Source: Spirochaetales bacterium (GTDB taxonomy: Bacteria > Spirochaetota > Spirochaetia > JABEVK01). Taken from it: DNA of 64,000 nt. Positions 44,156-53,947 of the stretch are shown here, in pieces. Below the pieces are notes generated by a model that saw nothing but the letters and a program-made list of their open reading frames with translations, was not told where the DNA came from and made no database searches. The stretch spans positions 29,628 to 93,627 of the forward strand of contig DAIDHT010000014.1 in assembly GCA_027451945.1 (NCBI GenBank), given 5' to 3'. Positions within the stretch are counted from its first letter, which is position 1; each line of letters starts with the position of its first letter. The position numbers and the translations under genes were made by a program.

Positions 44156-45503
44156 CAGAAGCCCCTTCTGGTAGAAGGAGTGTTCGACCGATGCTCAAAA
44201 TTGAATCAGGATTCATGCTATTAACCGACGCCAACAGTTCAGGGGTGGTACCGTTACGGCGAGCAATGGCATAGAGCGTGTCGCCTTTTCGGACCGTGTA
44301 CGAAACTCCCGGTATCGGGGCCACTTTAGGCAATGCGGCATATTCCTCGCGGTGAACTCCCCGATATGGCCCGACATCTTTTAAGGCTGGTATGATCAAC
44401 GTTTGGCCAATTTGTAGATACCGGGGATGAAGATGCGGATTGTTCCTTTCGATGACCGAATAGTCGACCCCATACCATTGGGCAATCTGCGATAGAGTGT
44501 CGCCCGGGCGAACCTTATAGAAGTAATACCGAATCAGCTTGAGGCGGGGGTCATCGAGCGCCTTTCGAACCGAATCCGTCCAGGAGGCGGGAACCTTAAG
44601 ACGGTAATCTGGCATCCCCGCTGGCGTGATGGGGTAACGAAGTTCGGGGTTGGCTTCTTCGAGCACCCGCGATGATACCCCAGCCGCATCGGCTAGCAAT
44701 CGTAAATCCACGGGACGAGAAACACGGATCCGGCTCCAGGGTTCTGAGGGTGACCACTCAAGAGGAAAGCCATATTTGAGTTTTTGCGAAAGAATGTTGG
44801 CGATGGCAAGGATTTGTGGCACGTAAGACGCTGTCTCCCGGGGGAGAAAATGCCTTTTGCAGAGGTTCCAGTAGTTTCGATCATGGCCACGGCGGATGGC
44901 CCAATCGACCCGAGGAATCCCTGCATTATAGGAGGCTAAAGCGAGGTACCAATCCCCATAGTAGTCGTAGCTCCCGCGAATGAGCCGCACCGCACCAATT
45001 GTGGCTTTCCAAAAATCTCGACGCTCATCAATATACGGGGTGACGCGGATATTGAAACCGTCAATGGTATTGAGCATGAACTGCCACATTCCCACAGCGC
45101 CAGAATTAGACACCGCAGTATTCGAAAACCCGGACTCCAAGGCTGCCAACCAGAAAATCTCGTCGGGCACATGATACTTGGTGAGCTGTTCATGAATAAA
45201 ATCCCGGTAGGGAAGGCTTCTCTTCTGCCAGCGCCTAAGGTACATCAGCCCCTCGGCGGAAGAATAAAATGCCAAATCGCGGCGATAACCGGTGCCATCA
45301 ACAGGAGTAAGATCCATGGCTGGTGGAGGCACGATGGGTAAAATGGGGGGAGCCGCTTGAGGAGTATAGGTCGTTGTCTTAGGCTCACCCAACGACCAAA
45401 TTGCCGGCAAAGGCAAGGGAGCCTCTGACATTTTTACTGCAGAGGCAAAGCCCGCTGTCGAGGCCGCCCCGAAAAGGACGGCCAAAATCAAAAGACGTTT
45501 CAC
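44145..45503 (-). CDS. mltD: MltD-like lytic transglycosylase (SLT plus 2 LysM)
   Basis: LES, GAVGMWQFM, DERRD, ASYNAG, ETASYVP; LysM YKVRPGDTL and YTVRKGDTL; GTG 45503. Confidence 0.9.
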   Translation of the reverse strand: MKRLLILAVLFGAASTAGFASAVKMSEAPLPLPAIWSLGEPKTTTYTPQAAPPILPIVPPPAMDLTPVDGTGYRRDLAFYSSAEGLMYLRRWQKRSLPYRDFIHEQLTKYHVPDEIFWLAALESGFSNTAVSNSGAVGMWQFMLNTIDGFNIRVTPYIDERRDFWKATIGAVRLIRGSYDYYGDWYLALASYNAGIPRVDWAIRRGHDRNYWNLCKRHFLPRETASYVPQILAIANILSQKLKYGFPLEWSPSEPWSRIRVSRPVDLRLLADAAGVSSRVLEEANPELRYPITPAGMPDYRLKVPASWTDSVRKALDDPRLKLIRYYFYKVRPGDTLSQIAQWYGVDYSVIERNNPHLHPRYLQIGQTLIIPALKDVGPYRGVHREEYAALPKVAPIPGVSYTVRKGDTLYAIARRNGTTPELLASVNSMNPDSILSIGRTLLLPEGASVAR

Positions 45504-46579
45504 ATCTTGTCTCCGAAAAACACCCCGGCCCACTCCCATGAGCCGTTAATCTCAGGATCGGGCGGATAATCAATTCGCTTAAAGTAGAAGTACCAAGTCG
45601 GAATACGATAAGTCCACCCTGTAGACTTCAAGTACGCCTCAGAGTCATTCGAGGCATCGTCCAATTTCGAGGCAAAGTAAACGGTACCACCGCCGTAGTG
45701 GGCTTGGTGGACCAGATCTCGCAAAAAGGTCCGAATGTCAAAAGTCTCGGCGAGCGCATCATTGGGGTCGGTATCGTCCCACGACAGAGCAAAAAACCCG
45801 ACTTTTGCTCTAAGCTGTTCCATTTTGGTGGTGTTATTGTCCCGGATCGCCTGTTCCAGATTGGCAATCAGGGTACTGAGGCTTGGCGACACCCACGAAC
45901 GATCAGACTTTGAAAGGTCAACCAGGGACCTAACACGGTTATAGGCTTGAGGATCACCAGGAACAGTGGGATCAGGAAACATCAAAAACGTGCTATAGGC
46001 ATGAATGGCCTGTTTCCACAGGCCCAGCTGCTCATAGGCGTGGCCCCAGTCATAGAACTGAGCCGGCGAAGTCAATTTGTAGGGGAACTGATCGTGCAAG
46101 TCTTCATAATACTTTCGTTTCAGTGAAGGAGTTGTCACAAGATGTGTCAATTGATTCAAACAGCGATAATGTAGCGATTGCCCCTCTTTATACAAATCGG
46201 GATAGTCCTTGTAAATTCTTTCGTAATAAAATTTCGCTAGGGGTATAGCCTGCTGCTGTTGATAGTTTTGCGCGACCGTAAACAGGTAATCGGCGTCAAA
46301 AGGATCATGGGGGTGTTGCTCCACGTAGGTCGTGAGAAGCAAATTGATTTTGTCGTAAGCTTTTTCGGCCTGTAGGCGACTGGTGATCAGACGAATAAGC
46401 GAATAACGAGCGGCAGTTGGTTCCTTGTTTTCATCCAACAAGTAAAAAAGGCGGTGAAGCTCGGTGTTGATGGTGAGCGATTTTCCGTAGAAAATATCTT
46501 CGCGCGTCCCGGACTGAACCACAAGGAACGCCGCGGCTACGGCTAACAGCGGAAATATCAGACTCAGGTAGCGTTTCAT
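45500..46579 (-). CDS. TPR-containing membrane-anchored protein
   Basis: N-terminal TM; TPR-like helices (YLFTVAQNY..., YDWGHAYEQLG). Confidence 0.8.
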   Translation of the reverse strand: MKRYLSLIFPLLAVAAAFLVVQSGTREDIFYGKSLTINTELHRLFYLLDENKEPTAARYSLIRLITSRLQAEKAYDKINLLLTTYVEQHPHDPFDADYLFTVAQNYQQQQAIPLAKFYYERIYKDYPDLYKEGQSLHYRCLNQLTHLVTTPSLKRKYYEDLHDQFPYKLTSPAQFYDWGHAYEQLGLWKQAIHAYSTFLMFPDPTVPGDPQAYNRVRSLVDLSKSDRSWVSPSLSTLIANLEQAIRDNNTTKMEQLRAKVGFFALSWDDTDPNDALAETFDIRTFLRDLVHQAHYGGGTVYFASKLDDASNDSEAYLKSTGWTYRIPTWYFYFKRIDYPPDPEINGSWEWAGVFFGDKM

Positions 46580-46610
46580 GAATACCGGATTTTAGCACAG
46601 CACTTCCTAC

Positions 46611-46647
46611 GTTGTCCACGCTTGCCGATGTTGTCCACGCTTGCCGA
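46611..46647. repeat. Exact 18-bp repeat GTTGTCCACGCTTGCCGA x2
   Basis: Read directly in the divergent TPR/icd promoter region (19-bp period). Confidence 0.92.
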
Positions 46648-46706
46648 AGCCTGGGGGTTTTCCGTACAATAAGCCCACGCTTTTCCTATTGTTTTGGAGG
46701 TAACTC

Positions 46707-48020
46707 ATGTCCAGCCCTTCCGCGTTGCGCAAAACTGCTCAGGGTCTACAGGTCCCCGATCAGGTCATCATCCCCTATATCGAAGGAGACGGAACGGGTC
46801 CCGACATCTGGAAAGCCTCGGTTCGTGTTTTTGACACAGCAGTTCGCCAAGCTTATGGTGGAAAACGCCAAATTCACTGGAAAGAAGTGCTGGCCGGCGA
46901 AAAAGCCTTCAAACAAACGGGAAGTTGGCTTCCTGACGAAACCCTGACCGTATTTAAAGAATACCTGGTGGGCATAAAAGGCCCGTTAACCACCCCGGTT
47001 GGAGGGGGCATCCGCTCGCTCAATGTCGCTTTGCGTCAACTTCTCGACCTGTACGTTTGTTTACGCCCTGTGAAATACTACGAAGGGGTTCCCAGCCCTG
47101 TCAAACGGCCCGAACTGGTTGACATGGTCATTTTTCGCGAAAACACCGAAGACATCTACGCCGGGATTGAATTTGCCGGAGGAACGCCCGAGGCACAGAA
47201 GATCCTCGATTTCTTTGCCCAAAACTTTCCTAAAGAATTTGGAAAAATACGTTTTGCCACCGAAAAGGCCAACCAGGACTGGAGGTCAGCTCAGAGCGCA
47301 ATAGGCCTCAACCTGCCCTCGTCAGAAGTACTGACCGGAGTGGGCCTCAAACCTGTCAGTTATCTTGGTACGGAACGTCTGGTTAGTTCTGCCATTTCGT
47401 ATGCCATCGAGCAAGGCCGTCGTTCCGTGACCCTGGTTCATAAGGGCAATATCATGAAATTTACCGAGGGTTCTTTCCGCGATTGGGGCTATAAAGTGGC
47501 AAAAGAGCACTTTGGTGCTCAAGAAATTGATGGCGGCCCGTGGTGTCGCATTCCCGAGGGCAAACCCGGTGCAGGCTTGGTCATCAAAGATTCCATCGCT
47601 GATATTACGCTTCAACAAGTGTTAACACGCCCCGAGGATTTTGATGTGATCGCTACTCTCAATCTGAACGGTGACTACCTTTCGGACGCTTTAGCCGCCC
47701 AGGTCGGTGGCATAGGTATCGCTCCGGGGGCTAACATCAACTACGTTACTGGGCATGCGATTTTTGAAGCAACCCATGGAACGGCTCCCAAATACGCTAA
47801 CCTCGACAAGGTGAATCCTTCCTCGGTTCTTTTATCAGGCGTAATGATGTTAGAATACCTGGGTTGGAACGAAGCTGCAGCTTTGGTTGAAAATGGTATC
47901 CGCAACGCCATTGCTGAAAAGGTCGTAACCTATGACTTCGCTCGTCTGATGGAGGGGGCAACAGAGACCTCCTGCAGCGGATTTGCTGATCAAATCATTG
48001 CCTCACTGTCAAGAAAGTGA
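46707..48020 (+). CDS. icd: NADP-dependent isocitrate dehydrogenase
   Basis: [58 protein letters not shown]. Confidence 0.97.
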   Translation: MSSPSALRKTAQGLQVPDQVIIPYIEGDGTGPDIWKASVRVFDTAVRQAYGGKRQIHWKEVLAGEKAFKQTGSWLPDETLTVFKEYLVGIKGPLTTPVGGGIRSLNVALRQLLDLYVCLRPVKYYEGVPSPVKRPELVDMVIFRENTEDIYAGIEFAGGTPEAQKILDFFAQNFPKEFGKIRFATEKANQDWRSAQSAIGLNLPSSEVLTGVGLKPVSYLGTERLVSSAISYAIEQGRRSVTLVHKGNIMKFTEGSFRDWGYKVAKEHFGAQEIDGGPWCRIPEGKPGAGLVIKDSIADITLQQVLTRPEDFDVIATLNLNGDYLSDALAAQVGGIGIAPGANINYVTGHAIFEATHGTAPKYANLDKVNPSSVLLSGVMMLEYLGWNEAAALVENGIRNAIAEKVVTYDFARLMEGATETSCSGFADQIIASLSRK

Positions 48021-48044
48021 GAAAATGAAGAGCGAGGCACGATC

Positions 48045-48584
48045 ATGAAAAACTCCAAAGCAGGGCGGAAGACCCTGATTGCGGGCCTAATTCTCACTGT
48101 ATTGGGTTTAGTTTTGTTGTTTTGGACCCAACATTTTGTCCAACAACTGGTACGGTGGTGGCCCTCAGTCTTTATGATTTGTGGAGTCGCGTTTCTCTAC
48201 CACTATGTGGCCCATAAGGCTCGGCCGGTTTTTCTTTTGTTGGGCCTCTTACTCTTTTTGACCGGAACGTTTATCTTGCTTCTCAACACGCTTTTGGCAA
48301 GGTATTTCGAACTCAAGCAACTTTGGCCGGTCTTTATGGGGATTGTCGGAACCTCGATCATCCCCTACAGTCGCGGGTTTAAACGAAGTCTACGAATTTC
48401 TTTTTTCATCCCCGGCATATTTTTGATCATTTTTATGATTGTACTACTGGTCTTTACGCTTCCGGTGGTACACATCACCTTTACAGATTTTGTATTGGCT
48501 TGGTGGCCAATTTTGCTGGTCATCATGGGGATTACTCTCATTGCCAGCTACTATTTTCGTGATCGGGGACAGTCAGAACAGTGA
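48045..48584 (+). CDS. Membrane protein with repeated WP helices (LiaF-TM/DUF5668-like)
   Basis: About 6 TM segments; WWPS, LWPV, WWPI. Confidence 0.75.
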   Translation: MKNSKAGRKTLIAGLILTVLGLVLLFWTQHFVQQLVRWWPSVFMICGVAFLYHYVAHKARPVFLLLGLLLFLTGTFILLLNTLLARYFELKQLWPVFMGIVGTSIIPYSRGFKRSLRISFFIPGIFLIIFMIVLLVFTLPVVHITFTDFVLAWWPILLVIMGITLIASYYFRDRGQSEQ

Positions 48585-49075
48585 AAAAGCCTTTTTTTCT
48601 CATGAGCATCCTTTTTCTTCTCGAGCTTTTTGCCTTTGCAGTACCGCTGTCTGCCACAACGACAGCCGATTCCACACCGGTCGCTAACCTGCCCCAAACG
48701 TGGTTGGGGATGAAACCCGAAGAAGCCTATCGTCTTTTGGGCGCACCTGCCGAGATTTCTGCGGTAGCCGATGATACAGGCCATCTGCATGTCATTCACT
48801 ACTACCCTAATTACACCTACCTCTTTTGGTACGATAATCACGTCTGGCAGGTGCGGCTGGATAAACGCTACACCGGGCAATTCCTCGGTCTCACCATGGG
48901 TATGGCCCAGGCGGATGTCACCGCGGCGATGAATAAACAGCTAGGCCCGGAACTTGCCTCAGGACCAGATTGGGCAGTCTGGGGTTTACCCTACCAAATT
49001 TTCTCTCGGCGGCTTAAACTGGTATTTGAAGGCGGAAAGCTGGTGGATGCGTTCTTTTATCGGGGAGACTTATAA
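48581..49075 (+). CDS. Hypothetical exported protein
   Basis: GTGA overlap; signal peptide; repeated GM.PEEA..LLGAP and GMAQADV...LGP. Confidence 0.75.
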   Translation: MKKPFFLMSILFLLELFAFAVPLSATTTADSTPVANLPQTWLGMKPEEAYRLLGAPAEISAVADDTGHLHVIHYYPNYTYLFWYDNHVWQVRLDKRYTGQFLGLTMGMAQADVTAAMNKQLGPELASGPDWAVWGLPYQIFSRRLKLVFEGGKLVDAFFYRGDL

Positions 49076-50533
49076 ATGAGCCGTCTTTGTCTGGTTCTCA
49101 CGGGAAAAACTCTCAACGAAAACCGGCAACAGCTTATTCAATACCGTAAATGGATCGATATGGCCGAGGTGCGGGCCGATTTGCTCGACCGTAACGAATG
49201 GTCAGCGCTCAATGCGTTTTCCACCGAGTTTGACTTAGATTTCATTCTGACTTTGCGCAAAGTTGCCGACGGCGGCAATTGGGCCGGTGACGAGCAAGAG
49301 CGAGAAAGCTTTTTTCGCATGGCCCTTAACGGTCGTTGGGCCTACTGGGATCTTGAAGACAACGCTAGACTGCCCCAGTTAGAACGTGAGTGGCTGAGTA
49401 AGGGCGGCCGCCTTGTCGTATCCTTTCACGATTTTCACGGAGTTCCTCCCGATCTAGCGGAGCGCCTTAGTCGTGCCCAAGGCCCAGCGACCATTGTCAA
49501 AGCGGCCGTAACTGTTCATGGTTCAGCCGATTTCGCTCGCTTCCTTAACCTGACCGACTTGCTATCACCTGGTGATCATGTTGTTCTCGCCATGGGACCT
49601 TATGGCACACCGAGCCGTGTTTTGGCCGAAAAGCTAGGAAACCTTTGGACGTATGCTTCGGTTTCGGGGTTATCACCTTCGCTGGGGCATTACGACCCCG
49701 TTACCCTGTCTACACTCTATCGCTTTAACCGCCTAACGCCTCAGACCAAGCTCTTGGGAATCATTGGCAACCCTGTTCATCATTCCAAGTCCCCCGCTAT
49801 TCACAATGCGGGAATGGAAGCCACCGCTTACGACGGCGTGTACGTACCTTTCCTCACCGATGACCTAGAATCGTTTTTTCTCATTGCAAAAAAACTCGGT
49901 ATTCAGGGATTTTCGGTAACCATACCTTTCAAAGAAAAGATCCTCCCCTACCTGGCCCAAATCACTCCGGCGGTTAAGGCGATAGGCGCTTGCAATACTG
50001 TTTGGAAAGAAGCCGACGGTTGGCATGGCGACAACACTGATGCTCAAGGCTTTCTCGCCCCCCTTCAGGAATTGTGGGGCACCGACCTGACCGGAAAGTG
50101 CGCGACCGTTGTGGGTACCGGCGGAGCGGCAAGGAGCATCGTCTGGGCACTAAGAAATTCCGGCGCAGAGGTTCTCGTGTTAGGTCGAAACGCCTCGAAA
50201 GCCGAAGTTTTGGCCACCGAGTTGGGGGCTAGTTGGGGGCCTTTGACCCCGGACAGTCTTGCCCTCATCAGTACGCATGATGATTTGATTGTCCAAACCA
50301 CCAATGTTGGCATGGGCGATTTGGAGGGGCAAAACCCCCTCGACTGGTACGAATTTCACGGTGGAGAAGTTGCTTACGACATCATCTATGTTCCCGAACG
50401 AACAGCGTTTATCCAGGCGGCCGAAGCCTCAGGTTGCCGAATTCTCTTGGGTAAAGATATGCTTTTGCATCAGGCCGTCGCGCAGTTTTTGCGTTTTACG
50501 GGTATGCCCTACCCTGAAACACTTCCGTTCTAA
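49076..50533 (+). CDS. aroE: Fused type I 3-dehydroquinate dehydratase / shikimate dehydrogenase
   Basis: AroD: EVRAD, SFHDF, IVK, AMG, SR. AroE: GNPVHHSKSP, SVTIPFK, ACNT, NTD, GTGGAA. Confidence 0.93.
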   Translation: MSRLCLVLTGKTLNENRQQLIQYRKWIDMAEVRADLLDRNEWSALNAFSTEFDLDFILTLRKVADGGNWAGDEQERESFFRMALNGRWAYWDLEDNARLPQLEREWLSKGGRLVVSFHDFHGVPPDLAERLSRAQGPATIVKAAVTVHGSADFARFLNLTDLLSPGDHVVLAMGPYGTPSRVLAEKLGNLWTYASVSGLSPSLGHYDPVTLSTLYRFNRLTPQTKLLGIIGNPVHHSKSPAIHNAGMEATAYDGVYVPFLTDDLESFFLIAKKLGIQGFSVTIPFKEKILPYLAQITPAVKAIGACNTVWKEADGWHGDNTDAQGFLAPLQELWGTDLTGKCATVVGTGGAARSIVWALRNSGAEVLVLGRNASKAEVLATELGASWGPLTPDSLALISTHDDLIVQTTNVGMGDLEGQNPLDWYEFHGGEVAYDIIYVPERTAFIQAAEASGCRILLGKDMLLHQAVAQFLRFTGMPYPETLPF

Positions 50534-50596
50534 TCCTGACTAGGGCTTAACAGCCTTGGGCTTAAGCACAACCCCTTTGACGCCGATATCGGGAGT

Positions 50597-50980
50597 ATGT
50601 TGCGAAAAGCGGTTCCTTTTTTGTGTCTGCTGTGGTTCACGGCTGTCCCTGTCTCAGGAACAATATTTTCCTACACGCCAAGGCGTGATCACCCCCCATT
50701 GGTAGATATCTGGTTGACCGAATACCCTACCAAAGAGACTTATCAACTGCCACGAGATGCTCAACAGGTGCAAATCCACGTTGAAAGGACGCTCTTTCCT
50801 GCCCATGAATTTGTTTTTGTCTGGAAAAGGGATGGGGTGCCCTGGTACACCGAAATCAAAAGGATTCCCGCTGACAGTTCCTTTCAACGCTATTGGGTTG
50901 AGGGAGGGCGTGACTGGACCCTCGAAATTCAAACTCTCAGCGGGAAGGTTTACGCTACGGTTGTCTTACGACACCCGTAA
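50597..50980 (+). CDS. Hypothetical exported protein
   Basis: GGGAG SD; signal-like N-terminus; beta-rich body. Confidence 0.65.
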   Translation: MLRKAVPFLCLLWFTAVPVSGTIFSYTPRRDHPPLVDIWLTEYPTKETYQLPRDAQQVQIHVERTLFPAHEFVFVWKRDGVPWYTEIKRIPADSSFQRYWVEGGRDWTLEIQTLSGKVYATVVLRHP

Positions 50981-51001
50981 CTTAGCCCGATATACGCCCG
51001 A

Positions 51002-51033
51002 GAAACAGAAAAGCTAACTCCGAAGAATAGCTT
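51002..51033 (-). terminator. Probable terminator after the small basic protein gene
   Basis: Minus strand AAGCTATTC-TTCG-GAGTTAGCTT then TTCTGTTTC. Confidence 0.6.
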
Positions 51034-51145
51034 ACTCCGAGCTGGGCCGAGAAGCTTTTTTCTCTTGCTTCTCTTTGCGCTTTTCCTCCAAAGTTTTCTG
51101 CGGAGGCTTTCGCGTCTCTTTCTTCTGCTTTGATTTTTCACCCAT
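51032..51145 (-). CDS. 37-aa Lys/Glu-rich small protein MGEKSKQKKETRKPPQKTLEEKRKEKQEKKASRPSSE
   Basis: Not in the ORF track; AAGGAGGT SD 5 nt before the ATG; hairpin immediately after the stop. Confidence 0.8.
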   Translation of the reverse strand: MGEKSKQKKETRKPPQKTLEEKRKEKQEKKASRPSSE

Positions 51146-51225
51146 GGTTGACCTCCTTCTTCGGTCCCATCTCTTGAAAAACAACGCGGGACAACGCCCG
51201 TTACCTTAGCTTCGTAAACCATTCT

Positions 51226-51792
51226 CTAGGTTCGAAACAAACGACGTCCTCGTTGAAAAAATTGCCAACCTAAAAGAAAGACCACAAAAAGTCCTGAAAT
51301 TGCCCATAAAACCCAGCTGGTCGACAAGAAAACGGCGCCCGGATAATACAAGAAATCACTAGATGGCTGAAAGAGAGCGAGCAAAAGTTCGCTCAAGATT
51401 TGCAAAAGGCTAGCGGCGCCCGCCGCTAATGGAAGAAACGGGCTTAGGTACCAACCGCTCGCGCGAGGGTTAATCTTTTTTAAAAAGTACAAGAAAGTAA
51501 TTAGGAATAATCCCGCTGCCGTCAGTGGTAGCAAGGCCGACAGCCAGACCCCCGTCGTCAAATACCATTCCACACCTGGTTTTCCCCACGCGGTAAAGAT
51601 CTGTCGTGCCTGTGAAGGGTTAAACCAAAAGTGGTCTTCCAGAAGCCCGTGTCCCGCTGAGACTTGGCGCAAATGGGCCATCCCCTCGGGAAAGTTTGTC
51701 AAAATACTGTCCGCGGCCACGAACAAAAGAAGCGCAATGATAATCCCGACAAAGCGGGACTTTAGGGCAAGTTTTTGAAAAAAGAGTATCAT
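51226..51792 (-). CDS. Hypothetical membrane protein
   Basis: About 4 TM segments; overlaps the argH stop. Confidence 0.75.
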   Translation of the reverse strand: MILFFQKLALKSRFVGIIIALLLFVAADSILTNFPEGMAHLRQVSAGHGLLEDHFWFNPSQARQIFTAWGKPGVEWYLTTGVWLSALLPLTAAGLFLITFLYFLKKINPRASGWYLSPFLPLAAGAASLLQILSELLLALFQPSSDFLYYPGAVFLSTSWVLWAISGLFVVFLLGWQFFQRGRRLFRT

Positions 51793-53162
51793 AGACCTGA
51801 TGCCTCCCAGGCCTCTGGGCCCACCAATTCCTTTAAGGACGTCTCGACACGCTTTCTCTGTTGCGCAAAATGCTCAAGATATTCCTGGTGATGCGCCCAA
51901 GCCTTCTCTAACCCGAGATTTCCCGCCGCTCCCACATGTGTCCGATTTTCGATGGCAGAAGTTGGATCCCGTGAGTCTAGGCGCTCTAAATGCAAACCCA
52001 CTTCTCGGTAGGCATCCCGAAAGGTTAACCCCGACTTTACCAATTCATAAGCGGCATCTGTGGCAAAGATGTCCGGTGTAAACCCGCGCCGCAACGAGGC
52101 TTCATCGACTTCGAGCTCTTTTACCGTCAACCGCATCACCGCCAGACAGTCTCGAGCCAAGGTTAAGCCACGAAAAAAAGGCTCTTTTGTTTCTTGAAAG
52201 TCACGGTTATAACCCGAGGGTAGCGAACGCAAAATCCCTTTGACCTGCATTGCCCAAGCCGACAGGCTGGCGCTCTTGGCCCTCATCAGTTCCAGACCGT
52301 CGGGATTTTTTTTCTGTGGCATGATGCTCGAACCTGAACATAAGGCCGCCGGCAAGTGAAAGTAGCCAAATTCAGGCAGCGAAAACAAAATTAGATCCTG
52401 CGCCATTTTGCTGAGAGAAAGGCCCATCATGTCCAAGGCATCCAAAACAACTGCTTCAATTTTACCCCGGGAGTTATTGGCCCCCAACACGTTGTTTTGT
52501 ACGCGGGCAAAACCTAACAGACGGGCAGAATATTCCCGATCAAGGGGGAGCGGCACGCCATAACTGGCCGCTGACCCCAAAGGGCTCTGATCAACGAGCA
52601 AGTAGGCGGCCTTGAGTAGTTCAAGATCATCCAAAAGCCCTTCTGCCCAGGCCCCAGCCCACAAGCCTACCGAAGAAGGCATGCCTGTCTGCAGGTGTGT
52701 TCGGCCCGGCATCGGAGTCAGCCGGTGACGTTCAGCGAAAGCTAACCAATCGGCCACAAGTCCTAAAGCTTCCTCGACCACCCTATCGATCGCCGAGCGT
52801 GCCCAGACCCTGAGTGCTGTCAAAACCTGATCGTTTCGCGAGCGTCCGGTGTGGATCTTCTTGCCAACTTCGCCGCAGAGTTGAACTAATCGGTTTTCGA
52901 TCGCCGTGTGGCAGTCTTCGTCTTCACGATTGACAGTCAACGTACCCGCTCTCCATTCCCCGATAATCTGACGAAGAGCGGTCGACAGTTCTGTTTCTTC
53001 CTGAACCGTTAACAGACCAATGGCCGCCAGTTGGCGAGCTTGCGCCACCGAAGCCACCGCGTCCGCCGGTAACAAATCCCTATCAATGAGATAATCTTGT
53101 CCTACAGTAAAGGCTTCTATTAACTCATTCAGGGTGTAATTTTTTTGCCAAAGTTTGGCCAA
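51789..53162 (-). CDS. argH: Argininosuccinate lyase
   Basis: KLW, EDCH, HTGRSRNDQ, PGRTH, SPLGS, GSSIMPQKKNPD, GYNRD. Confidence 0.96.
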   Translation of the reverse strand: MAKLWQKNYTLNELIEAFTVGQDYLIDRDLLPADAVASVAQARQLAAIGLLTVQEETELSTALRQIIGEWRAGTLTVNREDEDCHTAIENRLVQLCGEVGKKIHTGRSRNDQVLTALRVWARSAIDRVVEEALGLVADWLAFAERHRLTPMPGRTHLQTGMPSSVGLWAGAWAEGLLDDLELLKAAYLLVDQSPLGSAASYGVPLPLDREYSARLLGFARVQNNVLGANNSRGKIEAVVLDALDMMGLSLSKMAQDLILFSLPEFGYFHLPAALCSGSSIMPQKKNPDGLELMRAKSASLSAWAMQVKGILRSLPSGYNRDFQETKEPFFRGLTLARDCLAVMRLTVKELEVDEASLRRGFTPDIFATDAAYELVKSGLTFRDAYREVGLHLERLDSRDPTSAIENRTHVGAAGNLGLEKAWAHHQEYLEHFAQQRKRVETSLKELVGPEAWEASGL

Positions 53163-53183
53163 GATATTCTCCGTTGAAGTTTT

Positions 53184-53834
53184 TTAGGTATCCATTGAAA
53201 GGGGCAAAATTAACCGCGCGACTGTCTCCTTCTCGTGCGTATAGACACGGAAGAAATCGCCGTCGAAACCGAGTTTCTTGAGCATAAGAACCAGAACCAA
53301 AATGCCCAACCCCGCGCCTTCTGACTCGTCCAACATATCAGAAAAGGCATCTTCCAGGGTATTGTAGCTCATCGCTTTTGTAATTTTGTCCCGTATTCGT
53401 CCTTCTTCGGCTGGTAGAAGGGCAACATTGTTGCGAACAGCCACCGAAACCATGTCCTTACGGTAGAGAAACTCGACCTTCACATACAGATCTTTTTCTT
53501 TTAATAACTTTAAGTAATGGGCCTGATTCTGAAGCATATCCGCTTTAAAGTCCTTCATCCCTTCGCGGTATTGGTCTTCATCGGAGGGGTCCCAGTTTTT
53601 TTCCTGAAAATACAACCGCTTGGTGTTGGCCTTTTTCGCATTAACAACCATTTCTTTCAAACAATAAGACACCTGTTCTAAGATAAAGGGTACACCAATT
53701 TCTTCTAAAAAGACTTTCAGCATGGCATCAATGTATTGTTGAGCTTTTGGTAAAAACGTATACGTTTTTATGGTTAAAGGCTTTCCTTCTTTGAGAGCTC
53801 GGATCACCTTTTTGTGACTTGTGTCGTCAGTCAT
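53184..53834 (-). CDS. Stand-alone GHKL/HATPase-like protein (anti-sigma kinase-like)
   Basis: N-box KEMVVNAKKAN, VRNN, G-box EGAGLGI; no H-box. Confidence 0.7.
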   Translation of the reverse strand: MTDDTSHKKVIRALKEGKPLTIKTYTFLPKAQQYIDAMLKVFLEEIGVPFILEQVSYCLKEMVVNAKKANTKRLYFQEKNWDPSDEDQYREGMKDFKADMLQNQAHYLKLLKEKDLYVKVEFLYRKDMVSVAVRNNVALLPAEEGRIRDKITKAMSYNTLEDAFSDMLDESEGAGLGILVLVLMLKKLGFDGDFFRVYTHEKETVARLILPLSMDT

Positions 53835-53912
53835 TTTTTCTTCACCCAGTTCCGTACTTATTTTAGGCTAAAGGACTGGAAAATAGCAAGCTTATTGAAA
53901 CTTTCCTCCCTC

Positions 53913-53941
53913 TTGGAATCCCCTAACAGCTTTGCTATGAT
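53913..53941 (+). promoter_or_regulatory. Promoter TTGGAA-N17-TATGAT with extended TG, probably leaderless
   Basis: -10 ends 6 nt before ATG 53948; no SD. Confidence 0.65.
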
Positions 53942-53947
53942 AAGCTC

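Noticed and set aside
49076-50533. aroD-aroE fusion as a novelty
   Set aside because: A known bifunctional architecture in plants and several bacterial phyla.
50950-51222. 90-aa minus-strand ORF from the track
   Set aside because: The strong SD supports a different frame (51032..51145).
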